DNA of 64,000 nt from Eledone cirrhosa (GCA_964016885.1 OZ024745.1:47864001-47928000), one strand, 5' to 3'. Shown: positions 41,968-55,030, numbered from the stretch's first letter. The notes: generated from the sequence alone by a model not told the origin. Made by a program: numbers and translations.

Positions 41968-42249
41968 TCTTTCTATTGCTGATATTATCTGCTGGTTGCA
42001 ACTCTTGGCTGAAAGAAGCAGAATTTAAACTCAGAATTCACAGAGCCAGATCAGATATCACAAAGCATGCCATTCGACTCCTTAATAATTCTGCCAATCC
42101 TCTGCCCTGGAACTAGTATTTTATTTATTAACCCCAAAAGGATGAAAGGCAAAGTTAACTTTGGCAAGATTTGAATTCAGAGTGCGCTTAGCCGGAACAA
42201 ACACAGAAACATTTAATCCAATGCCTTAACAACTCTGCCAATTCACCAC
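41968..42249 (-). mobile_element. Dimeric tRNA-derived SINE
   Basis: Two B-box-like motifs (~42023, ~42169) around the core CCCCAAAAGGATGAAAGGCAAAG. Colinear with the 38879 and 39278 copies. Confidence 0.75.
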
Positions 42250-43131
42250 AAATATTAATGAGTTGATAATTCTAGAGTTCTATAATGTATGAGTAAACTG
42301 AAGGACCTAACATTTAGAAACATTGGTTAACACTTTGAAAGACCTACATAGACCTAAAACAGACATATATACTCTTAAATTTCCAAAGATTAACACTTAG
42401 AACCTGTCAGCCTTTCATTCCAATATCAACATTGTTTAACTACATCCTACCAGCCTGATACTCCATTCTGCTGTGCACTTGTTTACTACTGACATTCACA
42501 CTGCTTTTTCATAAATCAGCAATTGTTTTACATCATTGCTTTAGCCTGAATTCTTTGGAAAGGAGTCGCCATGATTTTTATCATTTTTAGGGGTCTTTTT
42601 TTTTTCAAATTTGGTGGATGAATATAATTGTTTTTCAGTGACTGTCATGTAGACACCCAGGGTTGGGAACCACACAATTAGTATGAGGTCATGGTTTAAA
42701 GAGTTAAGACATTATTTGGTTAAGTATTCAAATAAATTTACTAACATAATCACGCAGTTACTAATTAAAGGCTACTCTAAGCATATCCAATAGTAAGTTG
42801 ATACCAAACCATCTGAAATTGCCCCAGTTCTATGATACAAAGCTCTTTATTTTAAAGTTTTTATATTTATCTAAAAGTCTAGATTTTATGTAAGAAATCA
42901 TTGGTAGTCTCTTTCACTAGAAATATGGCAATGAAAGAGTTGATCTCAACTGAAGTTGAAGTAACAGTAATAAGCAAGGTAAACCTATTTTTAATGAAAG
43001 AATAACAACTGTAGTTAATATATATTCCAAAATGCAGAAATTCATTTAGAAAAAGGAAACATTGTTTACAGTTGTCGATAAAATTGCGGCCCAAACTCAG
43101 GATTAAGTAATTGTTAGTCACAAGAACTATA

Positions 43132-43377
43132 TTAACTATTTGATACCAACCTGCCCAAAACTGGCTCTGGCTCTATGAAACAAAATCACCCATTTTAAAG
43201 GATTCCTACATGAATTTAGATGTCCTGGCATAATTTAATACACAAATCTTTCGTTAGGTTATGCTACAAATATTATCTTAATAGTGAAATAATAATTTTA
43301 GTAAATCTCACCAAATTCTTCATTGATTCATTCCAATACAGTGTATCTCATTAGAAATACAGTAATGGAAAGGTTAA
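43132..43377. mobile_element. Degenerate piggyBac-type MITE (family A)
   Basis: TTAACTATTTGATACCAACC ... TTAGAAATACAGTAATGGAAAGGTTAA, with TTAA at both ends. Confidence 0.55.
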
Positions 43378-43759
43378 GCTGTATATTTCTGATAGCATAT
43401 CCATGGTTACAAAATAAGTTGAATAGCAATAGCTCTGAGCCATAATTACGCAAGATTCTGATACAGCATAATTTCAAGCATTTAGATTAACCCTTAAAAA
43501 CTATCCTTATTATTGCAGTAACCATCAACAATGGATACTTTAACAAAATATTACCAGAAAGTCTCTTTATTTTAACATCTTAATTTTACATCCATCCATC
43601 TATATCTCTCTCTATATATACATCATGATTACATAGAAGAATAATGATGGCACAACTTGACCATAATCATACAGGTTCTGACAGTATAGATTTTTAGTAA
43701 CTTTAAACCATTCCTATTGTTGCAGTCATCATCAAGTCATTGCAATAACAAACACTACA

Positions 43760-43820
43760 ATGTGTTTGTGTGTACATATATGTATATATGCATATATATA
43801 TACACACACATATGCATATT

Positions 43821-43852
<32 letters not shown>

Positions 43853-44083
43853 TACACATATATAAGTACATACACACATGTATAAATATACATTACATAT
43901 ATATACGTACATACGTATATATGTACGTACATACATATATATATATACGTACATACATATATATATATACGTACATACATATATATATATACGTACGTAC
44001 ATATATATATATATACGTACATACATATATATATACGTACATACATATATATATATACGTACATACATATATATATATATACG

Positions 44084-44119
<36 letters not shown>

Positions 44120-46163
44120 TACATACAGATATATATATATATACATTACATATATATATACACATATACATTACATATATATATACACATATACATTACA
44201 TATATATATACACATATACATTACATATATATATACACATATACATTACATATATATACACATATACATTACATATATATATATACATATACATTACATA
44301 TATATACACATATACATTACATATATATACACATATACATTACATATATATACACATATACATTACATATATATACACATATACATTACATATATATACA
44401 CATATACATTACATATATATACACATATACATTACATATATATACACATATACATTACATATATATACACATATACATTACATATATATACACATATACA
44501 TTACATATATATACACATATACATTACATATATATACACATATACATTACATATATATATACATATACATTACATATATATACACATACATTACATATAT
44601 ATACACATATACGTTACATATAGATATATATACATATACATTACATATATATATATACATATACATTACATATATATATATACATATACATTACATATAT
44701 ATATATACATATACATTACATATATATATACATTACATATATATATATACATATACATTACATATATATATATATATACATATACATTACATATATATAT
44801 ATATATACATATACATTACATATATATATATATATACATTACATATATATATATATATACATATACATTACATATATATATATATATACATATACATTAC
44901 ATATATATATATATATACATATACATTACATATATATATATATATACATATACATTACATATATATATATATACATATACATTACATATATATACATATA
45001 CATTACATATATATACATATACATTACATATATATACATATACATTACATATATATATATACATATACATTACATATATATACATATACATTACATATAT
45101 ATATATACATATACATTACATATATATATATATACATATACATTACATATATATATATACATATATATATATACATATACATACATATACATTACATATA
45201 TATATATACATATACATATATATATATATATACATACATTACATATATATACGTTCATACACATTACATATATATACGTACATACATATATATATATATA
45301 CGTACATACATATATATATATATACGTACATACATATATATATATATATATACGTACATACATATATATATACGTACATACATATATATATATATATACG
45401 TACATACATATATATATATACATACATACATATATATATATACATACATACATATATATATATACATACATACATACATATATATATATATATACATACA
45501 TATATATACGTACATACATATATATACGTACATACATATATATACGTACATACATATATATACGTACATACATATATATATATACATATATATACATATA
45601 TATATACACATATATACATATATATATATACATATATATACATATATATATACACATATATACATATATATATACACATATATATATACACATATATACA
45701 TATATATATACACATATATATATACACACATATATATATATATATATACATATATATTTATATACATATATATTTATATACATATATATTTATATACATA
45801 TATACATATATTTATATACATATATACACACATATATGTGTATATATATGTATATAAATACATATACATATATATATATACATATACATATATATACATA
45901 TATACATATATTTATATACATATATACACACATATGTGTATATATATGTATATAAATATATATTTATATACATATACATATATACATACATATATATACA
46001 TATATATATATATACATATACACATATATATATACATATACATATATATACATATACACATATATATATATATATACATATATATACATATACACATATA
46101 TATATATATATATACATATATATATACATATATATATATATATACATATATATACATATATAC

Positions 46164-46234
<71 letters not shown>

Positions 46235-46423
46235 CATATATATATATACACATATATATATATACACATATATATATATACACATATATATATATACACA
46301 TATATATACATATATATATATATACATATATATATATACATATATATATATATACATATATATATATACATATATATATATATACACATATATATATATA
46401 TACACATATATATATATATACAC

Positions 46424-46492
<69 letters not shown>

Positions 46493-46562
46493 CATATATT
46501 ATATATATATACATATATATACATATATTATATATATATATACACATATATATACATATATT

Positions 46563-46596
<34 letters not shown>

Positions 46597-46855
46597 ACAT
46601 ATATTATATATATATATATATACATATATATACATATATTATATATATATATATATATATACATATATATATACATATATTATATATATATATACATATA
46701 TACATATATTATATATATATATATATACATATATATACATATATTATATACATATATATACATATATATATACATATATATACATATATATATACATATA
46801 TATACATATATATACATATATATATACATATATATATATATACATATATATATAC

Positions 46856-46890
<35 letters not shown>

Positions 46891-46919
46891 TACATATATA
46901 TATACATATATATATATAC

Positions 46920-46972
<53 letters not shown>

Positions 46973-47348
46973 TATATACATTTTTATATATATATACATA
47001 TACATATATACATACTTGCAAGCATGGAAAAGCGGACGTAAAATGATGATGATGATGATACATACACACATTACATATATATACATCCATATATATATAT
47101 ATACATCCATATATATATATATATACATCCACATATATATATATATACACATATATACACATCCATATATATATATATATATACACATCCATATATATAT
47201 ATATATATACACATCCATATATATATATATATACACATCCATATATATATACACATCCATATATATATACACATCCATATATATATATATATACACATCC
47301 ATATATATATATATATACACATCCATATATATATATATATACACATCC

Positions 47349-47383
<35 letters not shown>

Positions 47384-47384
47384 T

Positions 47385-47425
<41 letters not shown>

Positions 47426-47446
47426 TCCATATATATATATATATAT
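43760..47446. repeat. 3.7-kb compound (AT)n/(AC)n micro/minisatellite
   Basis: Alternating purine-pyrimidine sequence with successive domains defined by TACG, CATTAC (~23-bp unit), TACG, CATA/TATT and CATCCAT interruptions. Confidence 0.98.
47015..47058 (+). mobile_element. Short retroposon 3' tail fragment inside the AT block
   Basis: GCATGGAAAAGCGGACGTAAAA followed by (TGA)n. It resembles the simple-repeat tail of RTE-mobilised SINEs (recognised from memory). Confidence 0.5.
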
Positions 47447-48428
47447 ATAAAATATTAAACAAATAATGAATAAAACAATGAAACAGTTCCTTATATTAAA
47501 CAAAAAAAGTTCATTATTTAACGATCGTTTCTAGGATATATATGTGTTAGAATTGGCATGCATATTCAACAGATCTATGTACAAAATTATACAAAATTAT
47601 ACAAACTATCAAGATTAAATATACATACCAACACATATATACGCCGTCTTCAGAAATAATGAAATATATTTATTGATAATAACAACAATTCAAAATTTCA
47701 GGTCCGTTTGGGAACAAAATTGACCAATGAAAATACAAAAGGTTTAATGCAGTTCGGTGTGTGTATATACATGTAACTACCCTTACACATATTTTACAAA
47801 AATGTATGCTCAACTTGTATACGCATACCAAAAGGATGGATGCAAATACAAAATTTCAAGGTTAATGTCTCTGTAAGTTTATAATGCACAGATAAGATGC
47901 GTATAGACACATAAATATGAAATAAGTGTATACACATATTCTCATACTCACACATATCCGTACAATCACACACACACGCGCGTATATGCATAAACATACA
48001 CATAACTACGAACATACAAACACACACACACCCCCACTCACATATATATATGTGGATATAAAATCCTAAGCACATGGATATTAATTCACTCACATAAACA
48101 CTGGCACACACATTTAGATCAAGATACAGAAATTAGGTGTATAATTTTGTATAATTTTGTACATAGATCTGTTGAATATGCATGCCAATTCTAACACATA
48201 TATATCCTAGAAACGATCGTTAAATAATGAACTTTTTTTGTTTAATATAAGGAACTGTTTCATTGTTTTATTCATTATTTGTTTAATATTTTATCTTGAC
48301 TCTGTATACCGTTTATCTTTCACCGAAAGTGATTTTTCATTACATCTCTTCTTTCCATGATATCCGGAATACATTGAGTTCTTCATACGGATTGGACACT
48401 ACCGTAAACTCTTGGTAGATTTATCTAC
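47447..48428 (-). mobile_element. Non-autonomous Penelope-like element with inverted pseudo-LTR, inserted in (TA)n
   Basis: Perfect 157-bp inverted repeat (47447-47603 / 48138-48294) with a 534-bp spacer. There is a ~130-bp extension past the right arm, (TA)n on both flanks and a hammerhead motif in the left repeat. I see no RT or GIY-YIG ORF. Confidence 0.65.
47510..47663 (-). ncRNA. Type I hammerhead ribozyme motif
   Basis: Minus strand: TTCATTATTT-CTGAAGA-[115-nt stem II]-GAAAC-GATC-GTT-AAATAATGAA. Stem I is a perfect 10 bp, the core is intact and stem III is minimal with a palindromic loop. The base of stem II is non-canonical (C...UA). Confidence 0.75.
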
Positions 48429-49624
48429 ATATATATATATATATATATATTGCTGGGAAATCAGCAATTATATTTTATTTCAACTCTATTTTTAACTTAC
48501 GACAAAAGCTTCGTTAAAAAATAGTGTTAATTACTTTATCATTGAACTGCCAATAATAACCACTTCAGTAAACCATCAATCACCATAAATACCCACTGCC
48601 ACAATCAGTTTTAGTAGATATAGTCATTTAATCTACTGAAAGGAAGTTTATTTCACAGAACATTTTGTTCGCTGCTAGGATATCAAATCTCTCTTTTCAT
48701 CATAAAGCATACACACATACATACAAAGCGATGTCTATTATGTATGTGTGTGAGTCGTGTGCATATATATATATATACTCACACATTCACACAGATATAC
48801 ATACATGCAGTCATAGAAGGAAATATGCACATACACATATTAGAAAAACTAAAAAATATAGATATTAATAAATTTACTAAATTATACAGTAAAATGAATT
48901 TAAAAGTAAATTGATATTTCAAAAAGGAGAGAAAGAAAAATTGAAGTAAAAAGCAATCAGCAGCATATGATATTGAAATATTTTGAATGACATATTGTCA
49001 TTACTCTTTCTTTATTGTTACTATGGATGATGGTTGATGGGACAAATCAAGAAACTCTTCCATATATGAAAGATTCTTTGATAGATAGCCTTCTTAAAGG
49101 AGTTTTTTTTTTTTTTGTTTTTTATTCCCAATGATAAAAGCATTCGGAAAATAGCCTCTGAAGGCTACATTCAATAATTTGGATTAGTACAGGGTCAGAT
49201 AACTGTGAGAGAAAAAGAGACAGAAAGGAAGGCAGAGAGAGAGATGGGAGGGGGAGATAGGAAGGAGAGGAGAAAAGCAAAAAGAAAGAGAGAGGCACAG
49301 GAGGTAAGAAATGAGAAAAGAAAGAGGCATCAAAGAAAAGGAGAATGAGAAGCTATCTGCTCAAGCAAGAGATAGTGTGTTGCTAAGCAAATAACTTCAA
49401 TGCAGTATTTCCAGAGACTGATCACAAAGTTAGGACACATCTTTTATCCTAAACTTAAGACTACACTCCAGATTAAAGTAAATGGAATTTAGAATTGAAA
49501 AAAGGAATGTAAACAAAATGAAATTGAATATCTTGGGTGTTGCATATGCAGAGGATGCATCTTTGCACCCCATAGGAGGCTGCTTAGGTGTTTTAATGAT
49601 CGGGTCCCCAGTCCCATCCTGAAA

Positions 49625-49705
49625 AGCATCATGAAATAAAGCATCTTGCTAAAGAACACAATGTGCTACCCGATCCAACACACTAACCACTAGGCCACAC
49701 ACCTC
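49625..49705 (-). mobile_element. Degenerate SINE fragment
   Basis: GAAATAAAGCATCTTGCTAAAGAACACAA...CTAACCACTAGGCCAC; the minus strand gives an A-box-like GTGGCCTAGTGGTTAG. Confidence 0.5.
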
Positions 49706-49797
49706 CCACAAGAATTAAAATAAAATATGCATGAAAAACAATATGATGTTTAAAGTATATTTTACTATAAAAATCTAGCTCACTACACATACATATG

Positions 49798-49954
49798 CAG
49801 TGGTGTGGCTAAGGTTCTCAGCGCCCTGGGGAAGAAAGACACTTTTGGCATTCCACCTTAATTAACAGGTGTGACTGGCCAGAGGAAATTTTACACTCCT
49901 CCATACTTGTGCCTTGGGGTGACTGTCACCCTACCTCTCCTTGATATGCCTCTG
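49798..49954. mobile_element. Possible degenerate hAT-like MITE
   Basis: CAGTGGTGTGGC ... GATATGCCTCTG imperfect inverted ends. The TSD matches only partly (TACATATG vs TACATGCA). Confidence 0.35.
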
Positions 49955-50445
49955 TACATGCATGCATTCATACATACATGCATAATCACATTCATACATG
50001 CAGACAATCATTCAAATGCACAGATATTAGTGAGAGTAAATCTAACCCATAAAATATAAACAAATGGATGTTAGTATGTGAGGCCTGATAATGTTCTACT
50101 ATGTATTTTAACGACCATCATTCAAGAACTATATTAAAATATTTCCAATTTTGAAGATCATTTAAATAAACCCCTCCTTCAAATATTCCTATCCTAGGTG
50201 GAAAAAAAAAATCACACGAAATGAAGTATGAAAGACAAAGTGAACATTTGTGAAGTCCAACATACATTATATATACAAGCTGTTCATACTTTGTCTTTCC
50301 TGTACAAGTACAGCACATCCTGTAAGCACCAATCCCTAATACTTGTATATATTTTTTTCCTGATGCATATTAATAGTTAAATTATGAAATTAAAAATAAT
50401 TAATAAAGTGACACTCAGTCAACATTTTTGCCTATTTTCTCCCTA

Positions 50446-50476
<31 letters not shown>

Positions 50477-50899
50477 GCCATACCATTTGTTAAACAAAAT
50501 AACAAAACAAAACCAAAAATACAATAACATTAAGGCAGGTTTCTTTCCAGGAATGAACTATTCCATGTCTTTCGTTATCTTGCATCTTGCAACAAAAAAA
50601 AACAAAATATTTTCCCAAATGTTCCAGTAGCAAACACTGATTCTTTATGGGGGGTTTCTTTTTTCTCTAACAACCTTCTTTTATAGGTAAGATCTTCATT
50701 TCTTAGCTCTTGTTTTGACCCTTTCTGCTTCCAAACTAGTTCTCAAGTCATTTTTCCCCACTGTACCTATTTCCATCTATTTTCTCAGGCAAGGAAAATG
50801 AGAACATGTAAGAGAGAGATAGGAATTTACTTTTTCTTCTATTTTATTTTATTTATTTATTTTTTTCATAATTGAAGTTGAAGTTATGAAACTAACATG

Positions 50900-51069
50900 T
50901 TAATGTGAAGATACCCCTAATGCAGTTCGAGTGTGCTCATATACTACATAGCTTATGCTAACTGCTGGGGCCACTTTCATAAAATTTGGTGTTAGACCAC
51001 GATAAAGTCCTGTGAAACCATCTGTCCTCAAAATGTCTTTGAACATACTGGTCATTGAGTGAGAAGCTC
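50900..51069 (-). CDS. SCaMC: SCaMC (SLC25A23/24/25-family ATP-Mg/Pi mitochondrial carrier), final coding exon
   Basis: Acceptor TTTTTCCTCAG, phase 1. Encodes (G)ASHSMTSMFKDILRTDGFTGLYRGLTPNFMKVAPAVSISYVVYEHTRTALGVSSH* with the family motif GLYRGLTPNFMKVAPAVSISYVVYE. Confidence 0.95.
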
Positions 51070-51189
51070 CTGAGGAAAAATAAAACAAAAAAGTTAAAAT
51101 CATATTAACAAATGTAAAGTTTTAATTATAATGATAATACTAACTACAATTTAACAAAATTCAAAGAGTTTTCTAAGAAGATAGTGATG

Positions 51190-51370
51190 GTTCCATGATA
51201 AAATGCATCCAGTATACTGTTAAATAGCTGAAGTGAGAGGATTCTTCTGTGACATGACAACCTCCCTAGTGCTGGTGCAAAAATAAAATGCACTTAGTAC
51301 ACTGAAAAGTAGTTGGCATTGGAAAGGGCATCCAGTTTAGAAACCAAAACAAAACTGGAACTTATATAAA
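51190..51370 (+). mobile_element. Degenerate SINE fragment in intron
   Basis: GTGCTGGTGC...CACTTAGTACACTGAAAAGTAGTTGGCATTGGAAAGGGCATCCAG; related sequence lies at ~59065-59260. Confidence 0.5.
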
Positions 51371-51557
51371 TAAGATGTTGCCCTCTATTGGTCTAGGAGA
51401 ACAGAAGCTCCAATTAAGTACTGATTTGAAAATTACATTAGAAATATGGTAACAAAAAAAGGTTAAGGAAAACAAGAGTTAGGACAATTTTAAAAACATT
51501 TGATTATTCAAGAATGGAATTGTTATAAAACAATTTACACGACAAAATATATAATAC

Positions 51558-51705
51558 CATGAGCTTGGAGTCTGGTTCTGACCAGAGCTAGTGGGTAACT
51601 TGTTAGTTGGCCGCAGGTGCTGCTTATGGTACCACAGGCTAATATCACAAAAATGCTTGGATCTTGTTTACTTTTGCTTCTGGCAAGATACATTGATTTC
51701 AGTGT
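51558..51705 (-). CDS. SCaMC: SCaMC coding exon (penultimate)
   Basis: TTTTCAG|...|GTATTA, 148 nt, phase 0 to 1. Encodes TLKSMYLARSKSKQDPSIFVILACGTISSTCGQLTSYPLALVRTRLQAH, including the third carrier signature PLALVRTRLQA. Confidence 0.95.
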
Positions 51706-52371
51706 CTGAAAATGAAAATAGTGACAAATTGAAATGATCACATCTTTCCCAAAGTAGAGTGAAATGGTATCATGTATATAATCTATCTGTATTTTCTGAA
51801 AACCAAGATGACCCTTGATTTCAGTGATTGAAAGAGTGTTAAGGTGTTATAATTGGGGTGTATATAACTTGGTGGGATGGTTGATGAGGTCATTAGTGAA
51901 ATATATATTTATTAATGTGCTTCATGTTGCTAGTATATTTTAAATGCCTGCATTTTGTTGTTCTCTTTCTCATTCATTAACTTGCTCTTTATCTTCTCAA
52001 ACTAGTTGCTTTTCATAAGTTTAGCTTAGCAGTGTCTAGTGTATGCATGTATCTGTGTATGTAGTGGTGAATGGAAAAAACGTGAACCAGGTGATTAAAA
52101 TGTTCTTTTAATTATCCATGCATACTGGCTAATGCTATATCTCAATCCATTTTTAAAAAAACAATTCCTTTTCTCTCTATCAAACACACACACGTGTGCA
52201 AAATCAGTTTTTATTTTTGGTTTCAGCCCATCTTTTCATTCTCTAGATTTAATCAACTAAGAATGAGCAATGATGTCAAAAAGAAATCAATAAAAGAGTT
52301 TTATTATAAAATGAATATATACTATTTATAAACAAACATAACCTAAAATGTAAAATGAAAAGCATATTTAC

Positions 52372-52539
52372 CTCATATACACAAAGATCAATTCCTGCAT
52401 ATGGAAGGATTCCTATTAAGTTTGGAATGTAGCCTTTATAGAAGCAAGAAAGACCTTCATTTGTCATGAGTTGTTTTGCACAATCTAGAATACCCTTATA
52501 CTGTCCAGTTTTCCGAACTGCCAGTCTTGTTTTCAGTAC
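52372..52539 (-). CDS. SCaMC: SCaMC coding exon
   Basis: TTCTTTTAAG|...|GTAAAT, 168 nt, phase 0/0. Encodes [56 protein letters not shown]. Confidence 0.96.
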
Positions 52540-52714
52540 CTTAAAAGAAAAAGAAATTTACAAATTTGAGTCTATGTCAAGACATTTCTTAATGGTTTAA
52601 CACGTTTTTAACCATATTACTATTAGAATAAATACACTGCCTATGATTTTCTAATCTGGTGTTTCAAATATAATTTAAAGGGTCTTACATAAAAGACATG
52701 AGGGTTAGTTGCAA

Positions 52715-53345
52715 TATAAGCAGGCATCTACTGAGATGTTAAAAGCCTTAAATAGAGAAGGTATTCTCTGGCTAACTCATACCTGCTGAGTGGCATGGAT
52801 CTCTGGAAAGACATCTAATAGAAATTGGGAGTCAGGAGTGATAATCCCAATTTTCATAAAGGGAGACAAGAGTTTATGCTAAGTGTCTGGCAAAGTGATG
52901 TAGGGAGATTGCCAAATCTAAGTTAGCTGATAAACAGTGTGGTTTCCGCCACAGATGCTGCACATCCAACCAAATATTCACAATCGTGGGAGTACTTCCT
53001 TTATAGACCTTGAAAAGGCATACAGCTATGTTTCACGAGACCTGCAGTTGAAGGTTCTGCAGGAGTATGGGATCAATGGACAATTTCTTGCTGTCCTGAT
53101 ATCTTTATATGAATGCTTGAGTATTTATGTTTGGATAAATGGGGCTAAATCGAAACCATTTAATGTGGGGGTTGGACTCCACCAAAGGTATGTACTGTCT
53201 GTCACCTCCCTTGTTCATAATCTTCATGAACAGGATTGACATGCACAGCTGGGTTGGAAGTGGTCTCACATAACTCATCAGAAGGTGATCTACATGCACT
53301 TGATAGGTTTAATGCTGAGTGCTACATGGCTAGAATGAAAATCAT
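52715..53345 (+). mobile_element. Decayed RTE-clade LINE reverse-transcriptase fragment
   Basis: Translates in broken frames to EMLKAL...GVIIPIF.KGDK and FIDLEKAYSYVSRD...KVLQEYGI...FNVGVGLHQ, with stops and frameshifts. Confidence 0.85.
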
Positions 53346-53383
53346 GGAAGAATGGGGTGTGTTTTTTTTTGGGTATAACTTAC

Positions 53384-53491
53384 TTCCATGGGATAGATAA
53401 TAGTTTGTGAGATGGCTCCAGCTAGTGAACCAGAAACAAATCTCTCTGCCATTCTAAGTTCCTGCTTGTCGCCACGGAAAAGGGACTTGAT
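53384..53491 (-). CDS. SCaMC: SCaMC coding exon (absent from ORF track)
   Basis: TTTCAATTACAG|...|GTAAGT, 108 nt, phase 0/0. Encodes IKSLFRGDKQELRMAERFVSGSLAGAISQTIIYPME and joins the next exon to give the signature YPMEVLKTRL. Confidence 0.95.
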
Positions 53492-54144
53492 CTGTAATTG
53501 AAAGTTAAGAAGAAAAAAAAAGAGGAATTTTTAATAAAATTGGTGTATAGATTTACAAAGGTGTAGACATACAAAAAAAACATGATATAAAATTATTTTA
53601 GAAAACATTTCTGATTCCTTTCCTTTCAACAATACAGCATATTTGGAATAGCATTAAACTTAGAATAAAGGTTTTCAATAAAGATTATTTTTTAAATCAC
53701 AAAAAGTAAACAAAATCTGCAAGCTGAAGAAATAATGAAAAAACTAACACATCTCTCCATACTAAATTTATTTAACTCAGAAACCACTTTAACAATCTAT
53801 GACAAGTGAACTGAATTTAAAAAAAAAAAATATCAGCCTATAAGTAAAAATTTCAAAATGTAGCAATGAACTTCCATTCAACAGAGCTAAATGTTAAATT
53901 ATAATGGTAGAAACACAGCTCATAAAAAATCCCTTAAAAACTAAAACCACCAACAAGGGATTCAACCATAACTTTATTCAAGAAGAGACGAGAAGATGTG
54001 AACCATAATTCTTGAGAAAAAACAACTTTACTTATATGCAAGACAAATGAATATATATTATTAAGTGTTTCCGTAGGAAAGGTAAATGAAAGGGGAATGC
54101 TCATATGTATATGTATATATATATATATATATAAATATATATAT

Positions 54145-55030
54145 GACTGGTGATGGTGTAGCATCCAGAGATGCATTCATCTGTACTTTCGAGAGTGACT
54201 GAACAGTCCAATACACGAATGGCAGTTTCTACTGCATTTGTTGCAAATAAACAATATCTGTTAAGAGTGTCGTTGTTGCTCCTTCCTTCTCGCCCTTTTG
54301 TCAACAAGGTCCCTGTTTGTGGTCTGCTCTGCTGTCTTTATGCCCTTTCTGAGAGCAAAGCAACAAGCTGCATGGTCACCTGCCCATCATCTCCAGGTGA
54401 TTGCGTTGATGTTGCATAGTTTCATGTCTTTCTTGCAGACATCTTTGTAGTGCAGACATGCTAGTCATGAGCCCTAATTAAGCTTGACATTACAATGTCT
54501 TTGGGAATGCAACCTGAGGCTAATCTCCTGATGTGTCAGAGCCAACGAAGACACCTCTTGCTGTCTTTGGCATCTTTTCCTGCCATCAGATGTGGAGAAT
54601 GCATCTGAAGCACCTCGAGTGATAAACATTGGAGTTTTTTTTCATGACTCATGTATGTAGTCCATGCCTCACTACTGTAGAAGAGTGTGGTTAGTACCAT
54701 GCCTGGTAGACTCAGTTTGATCTTCTCAGTGAGGCTGAGATTATTCCTGACACTCTGATTCAGCTTAGATATAACTGATGTTGCCTTGGCAATCCTGTTT
54801 TTCAACTCTGCATCAATAGAGAGCAAGCTGGAGACAGGCTTCGTCCATTGATGGCGATGTTTGCAGGGTCAGGTATGCCCTGTGGCATGACATTTGTCTT
54901 CTTCAGACTGATGGTCAATCCAAACTCTTTACAAGCATGGGAGAGGTGACTGACAAACTGCTGCAGGCCATCTTCAGTGTGAGGTCAAGGTTGCATCATC
55001 AGAGAAATGCATTTCATGGATGAGTACCTC
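54145..55030 (-). mobile_element. Decayed 5'-truncated RTE/BovB-like LINE 3' end
   Basis: Minus-strand pieces VLIHEMHFSDDA (FADD-like), LSIDAELKNRIAKA...VLTTLFYSSEAWTTY and C-terminal CHSCIGLFSHSRK-like sequence, with frameshifts. Confidence 0.85.

Noticed and set aside
47016-47023. CTTGCAAG in the AT block matching the satellite palindrome
   Set aside because: An 8-bp match with no flanking similarity is expected by chance.
43717-47503. Long ORFs (1109, 659, 504 aa and many reverse ORFs) rich in Y/I/H/T or Y/I/M/C/V
   Set aside because: They are translations of (AT)n/(AC)n repeats that lack stop codons, and they are open in several frames on both strands.
51070-51103. ORF-track starts of the SCaMC pieces (also 51706-51741 and the 52276-52371 tail) as protein sequence
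   Set aside because: They are intronic polypyrimidine tract or donor read-through outside the AG/GT boundaries.
52715-55030. Active reverse transcriptase partner for the hammerhead element
   Set aside because: Both fragments are RTE-type rather than Penelope-type, and are truncated with many stops and frameshifts.
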